Shown here piece after piece: positions 39,809-42,271 of a DNA stretch of 42,271 nucleotides (positions within the stretch are counted from its first letter, which is position 1; every line of letters begins with the position of its first letter). The position numbers and the translations under genes are program-made. The stretch comes from Emiliania huxleyi CCMP1516 (lineage: Eukaryota). The stretch covers positions 139,022 through 181,292 of the forward strand of contig NW_005201327.1 in the NCBI RefSeq assembly GCF_000372725.1. Reading direction: 5' to 3'. Under the pieces are notes generated by a model. It did not search any database, was not told where the DNA came from, and saw nothing but the letters and a program-made list of their open reading frames with translations.

Positions 39809-40940
39809 ACGTCACTGCATCCTCTGCCGGTTCCTCCCGTCGCCTCTTCTTTGTTCGAATGTTTTTCAATCCATCCTTCACGAAGCCCTCCCATGTAGCT
39901 AGCGTTCTTTGCGAATGTCTCGAGATGGCCAGCAGGCGCTGTCTGCTCGCGGCCTGTGCGGGCCGCTCGTCCTCCTCGCCCTTCTTTTGTCCTCCCGTCC
40001 CTCCCCTCCACCATGGCCTCCTCGGCACTTCTTTCTCCATCCGCCTCGCCCTGCCTTTCCCAGTTTATATCCTCATCCTCTGTGCGCTTTTTCGTTCCCT
40101 CCCCTTCTCCATCGTTGTCGCCTCCGTCGACTGCGGCGCTGTCTCTGCCCTCGCCTCCGTCCTCCTCGTCTCGCCTGCCGTCGTCCCGTGTCTCCTCGTC
40201 CTCGCCATCGTCTTGGCCGTTGTCTACCTGTTCATCGTGTCCCTTGCTGCTGGTGGCATCGCCGTTGGCTTCCTCTCTCCCCCTTTCCTCCCTGCCCCTC
40301 TCGCTGTCTGGTGCTAATGGACCCCCTTCCTCGCTCTCGCGCTCTTCATAACGGCTTTGCCCCCTCCCTCCCGCGCCGTTGGGCAGCCTGACCACGACAA
40401 CGCCAGTGCCGCTGGCCTGCAACTCGAGGCGCCTCTTTGAATGAGCACGAGCCGGTGCGCGGCGGCGGCGCGGGTGATGCAGCCCAAGGTGACGGCGACG
40501 GCGGAGGGGGCGGCGGCGGCGGCGGAGGAGGCGGCAGCGGCGGCGATGGCCGCGGGGTCGGCCCGCCCGCCTTTGCTGCTGGTGCTGTGGGCATCATCAC
40601 AGCTCAGCGGCGGTGTGCGACCAGGGCCAGTGGTAGACTTTCGACGCGGTGAGGCTGCTCTCTGAGCGATGACACTAGCAGGAGCATCATGTGTGTCATC
40701 GGAGTCACTTGTATTACGATACCACCACGCCGCCACGCTCGCAAGGGCCGCCTAAGCGCCTAAGCACCCTAAGCACCCCCTGCTTAGGCCGCTTAGGCGC
40801 TTAGGCGAGTGACGGCCGGCTGCCAGGGGCCTGGCGTGCCTCCGCCGTGGGCTGAGCACCCGGGAGAGCCACTCTGCAAGTGGTGTGCGAGCGTGTAGCC
40901 TTGAGCGTGCAGTCGGCCGGCGAAGGGGAACGGAGTAGCG

Positions 40941-42271
40941 TCACGGCTCCCCCGTTCCGAGCCCAGCCGCCCTCGCGGCGTCGGCCTCGCTCGTCGCCAG
41001 CTGGCCGGCGAGCGTGCCATCGCCGCTCGCGAGCGCCCACTCGAACCACTGCTGGCGGCTCTCGCTCACGGGCAGCGGTGCGAGCGCCGCTGCAGACCCC
41101 GCCGCCGGGGGCGGGGGGCGGGGCGGCGGCATGCGCGCCTCACAGGCGCGGCACTGCGCACGGTAGGCGAGGGCGAGGCCGGTGGCGAAGGCTGCGGCCA
41201 GCATGGCCACTAGAGCGGGGATGACGATGAAGGCGATGGCGGTGCGGCAGAAGACGCAGTCGTCGGCGTCGTTCGGTGGAGGAGAGGGAGCCATTTGAAT
41301 AATTGTGAGAATTGGCGGTTTTGCCTTTTCACAGCCGCCGTCCAGTAACCTGGCGTTCCATACTGACGGTGGCGACGACGGGGTCGGGGCGCTCGGCGGG
41401 CCTGACTCGGGCGCCGGCAAGCCAGGCGGCGGAACGGACGGCGAGGGCGGTGTTGAGGGCGGGGGCGGAGGCGGAGGATAAGGTGGCGGCGAAGGCGGCG
41501 GTGGAGAAAAGGGAACCTCCTCGCACTCCAACTTGCTGCCGAGATACTCACTCATGGTGGTGCAAAAGCAGTCCTGTGTAGTGGCGTTGGCAATGTCGCT
41601 GGCTGCATTTCCGCCCCCAGCTCTCTTGTCCTTCGTGAGCACGATGTTCACTTGACCATCTTCTTTGTCTACCACATCTACCTTGACGCGGCCGTCCAAG
41701 TCGGCCTGCTTGTTGAGGCCGCCCTCGCATCGGAGGGCGTTGAGAATGGCTCTCTGGAGTTCATCCACCTCGAAAGTGGCATTTCGAAACCGAAGAGTCG
41801 TCACGATCTCTGGGGAGCTGCCCGGCGAGCTCGGAGGGCAGGGCGCCGACGGAGGTGGCGCCAAGGGCGGTGGCAACAGCGGCGGCGGCGAGGGCGGCGG
41901 TGAGGGCGGGGGAGGCGACGGGGGTGGGCTCGGTGGTGGCGGCGACGGCGGTGGCGGTGAGGGCGGTGGCGGTGACGGTGGCGGAGGCGAGGGTGGCGGC
42001 GGCGAGGGCGGTGGCGGCGACGGCGGTGGAGGGGAGGGCGGCGGCGGCGATGGTTGCGGCGGGGAGGGCGGTGGCGGCGACGGTGGCGGCGGCGAGGGTG
42101 GCGGCGGCGAGGGCGGTGGCGGGCTGGGCGGCGGAGGGGAGGGCGGCGGCGGCGATGGTGGCGGCGGGGAGGGCGGCGGCGGCGACGGTGGCGGCGGGAA
42201 GGGCGGCGGCGGCGAGGGCGGAGGTGGGCTCGGCGGAGGCGGCGAGGGCGGAGGCGGCGAGGGTGCGCGAT
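40941..42271 (-). CDS. Ser-Pro-rich (extensin/pherophorin-like SPPP) type-I membrane protein, 5' end beyond the window
   Basis: Long SPPP repeats, a Cys-containing globular segment, and TM helix TAIAFIVIPALVAMLAAAFATGLALAY. Confidence 0.7.
   Translation of the reverse strand, partial: RAPSPPPPSPPPPSPPPPSPPPPFPPPPSPPPPSPPPPSPPPPSPPPPSPPPPSPPPPSPPPPSPPPPSPPQPSPPPPSPPPPSPPPPSPPPPSPPPPSPPPPSPPPPSPPPPSPPPSPPPPSPPPSPPPLLPPPLAPPPSAPCPPSSPGSSPEIVTTLRFRNATFEVDELQRAILNALRCEGGLNKQADLDGRVKVDVVDKEDGQVNIVLTKDKRAGGGNAASDIANATTQDCFCTTMSEYLGSKLECEEVPFSPPPPSPPPYPPPPPPPSTPPSPSVPPPGLPAPESGPPSAPTPSSPPSVWNARLLDGGCEKAKPPILTIIQMAPSPPPNDADDCVFCRTAIAFIVIPALVAMLAAAFATGLALAYRAQCRACEARMPPPRPPPPAAGSAAALAPLPVSESRQQWFEWALASGDGTLAGQLATSEADAARAAGLGTGEP

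Noticed and set aside
39391..40422. Acidic (minus) or hydrophobic (plus) ORF
   Set aside because: Purine/pyrimidine-biased low-complexity sequence spanning a microsatellite, with no recognisable family on either strand.

Overview
GC-rich eukaryotic nuclear DNA. The many GC-AG/GA-AG introns filled with 10-11-bp tandem repeats and the bipartite plastid-targeting leaders point to a haptophyte such as Emiliania/Gephyrocapsa huxleyi (inference). The left part (1-23 kb) is an accessory-looking region. It holds intron-poor ubiquitin-system and repeat-protein genes (NHL-BTB, ankyrin-U-box, a SUMO-like-domain protein, ankyrin), a secreted SGNH hydrolase, two non-autonomous TIR elements and two 5'-truncated intron-rich genes. 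The right part holds an intron-rich ferredoxin-dependent glutamate synthase that lacks an internal segment and runs into an N-gap, a Tim17/22-like gene, a UDP-sugar pyrophosphorylase, an Hsp110 fragment and two related single-pass membrane protein genes. The most striking signal is intron structure. Many introns consist of a 20-37-bp duplicated copy of the adjacent exon plus a short filler that supplies the 3' splice site. One ~37-nt palindromic filler cassette (GTGAACAGCGTCTCTTCACACCTGCAGCTGTGAACAG) recurs in three unrelated genes, once as an 8x72-bp array, suggesting an intron-generating micro-element. A ~390-bp hairpin-rich element also occurs twice in inverted orientation. All gene models were read by eye; no searches were run.
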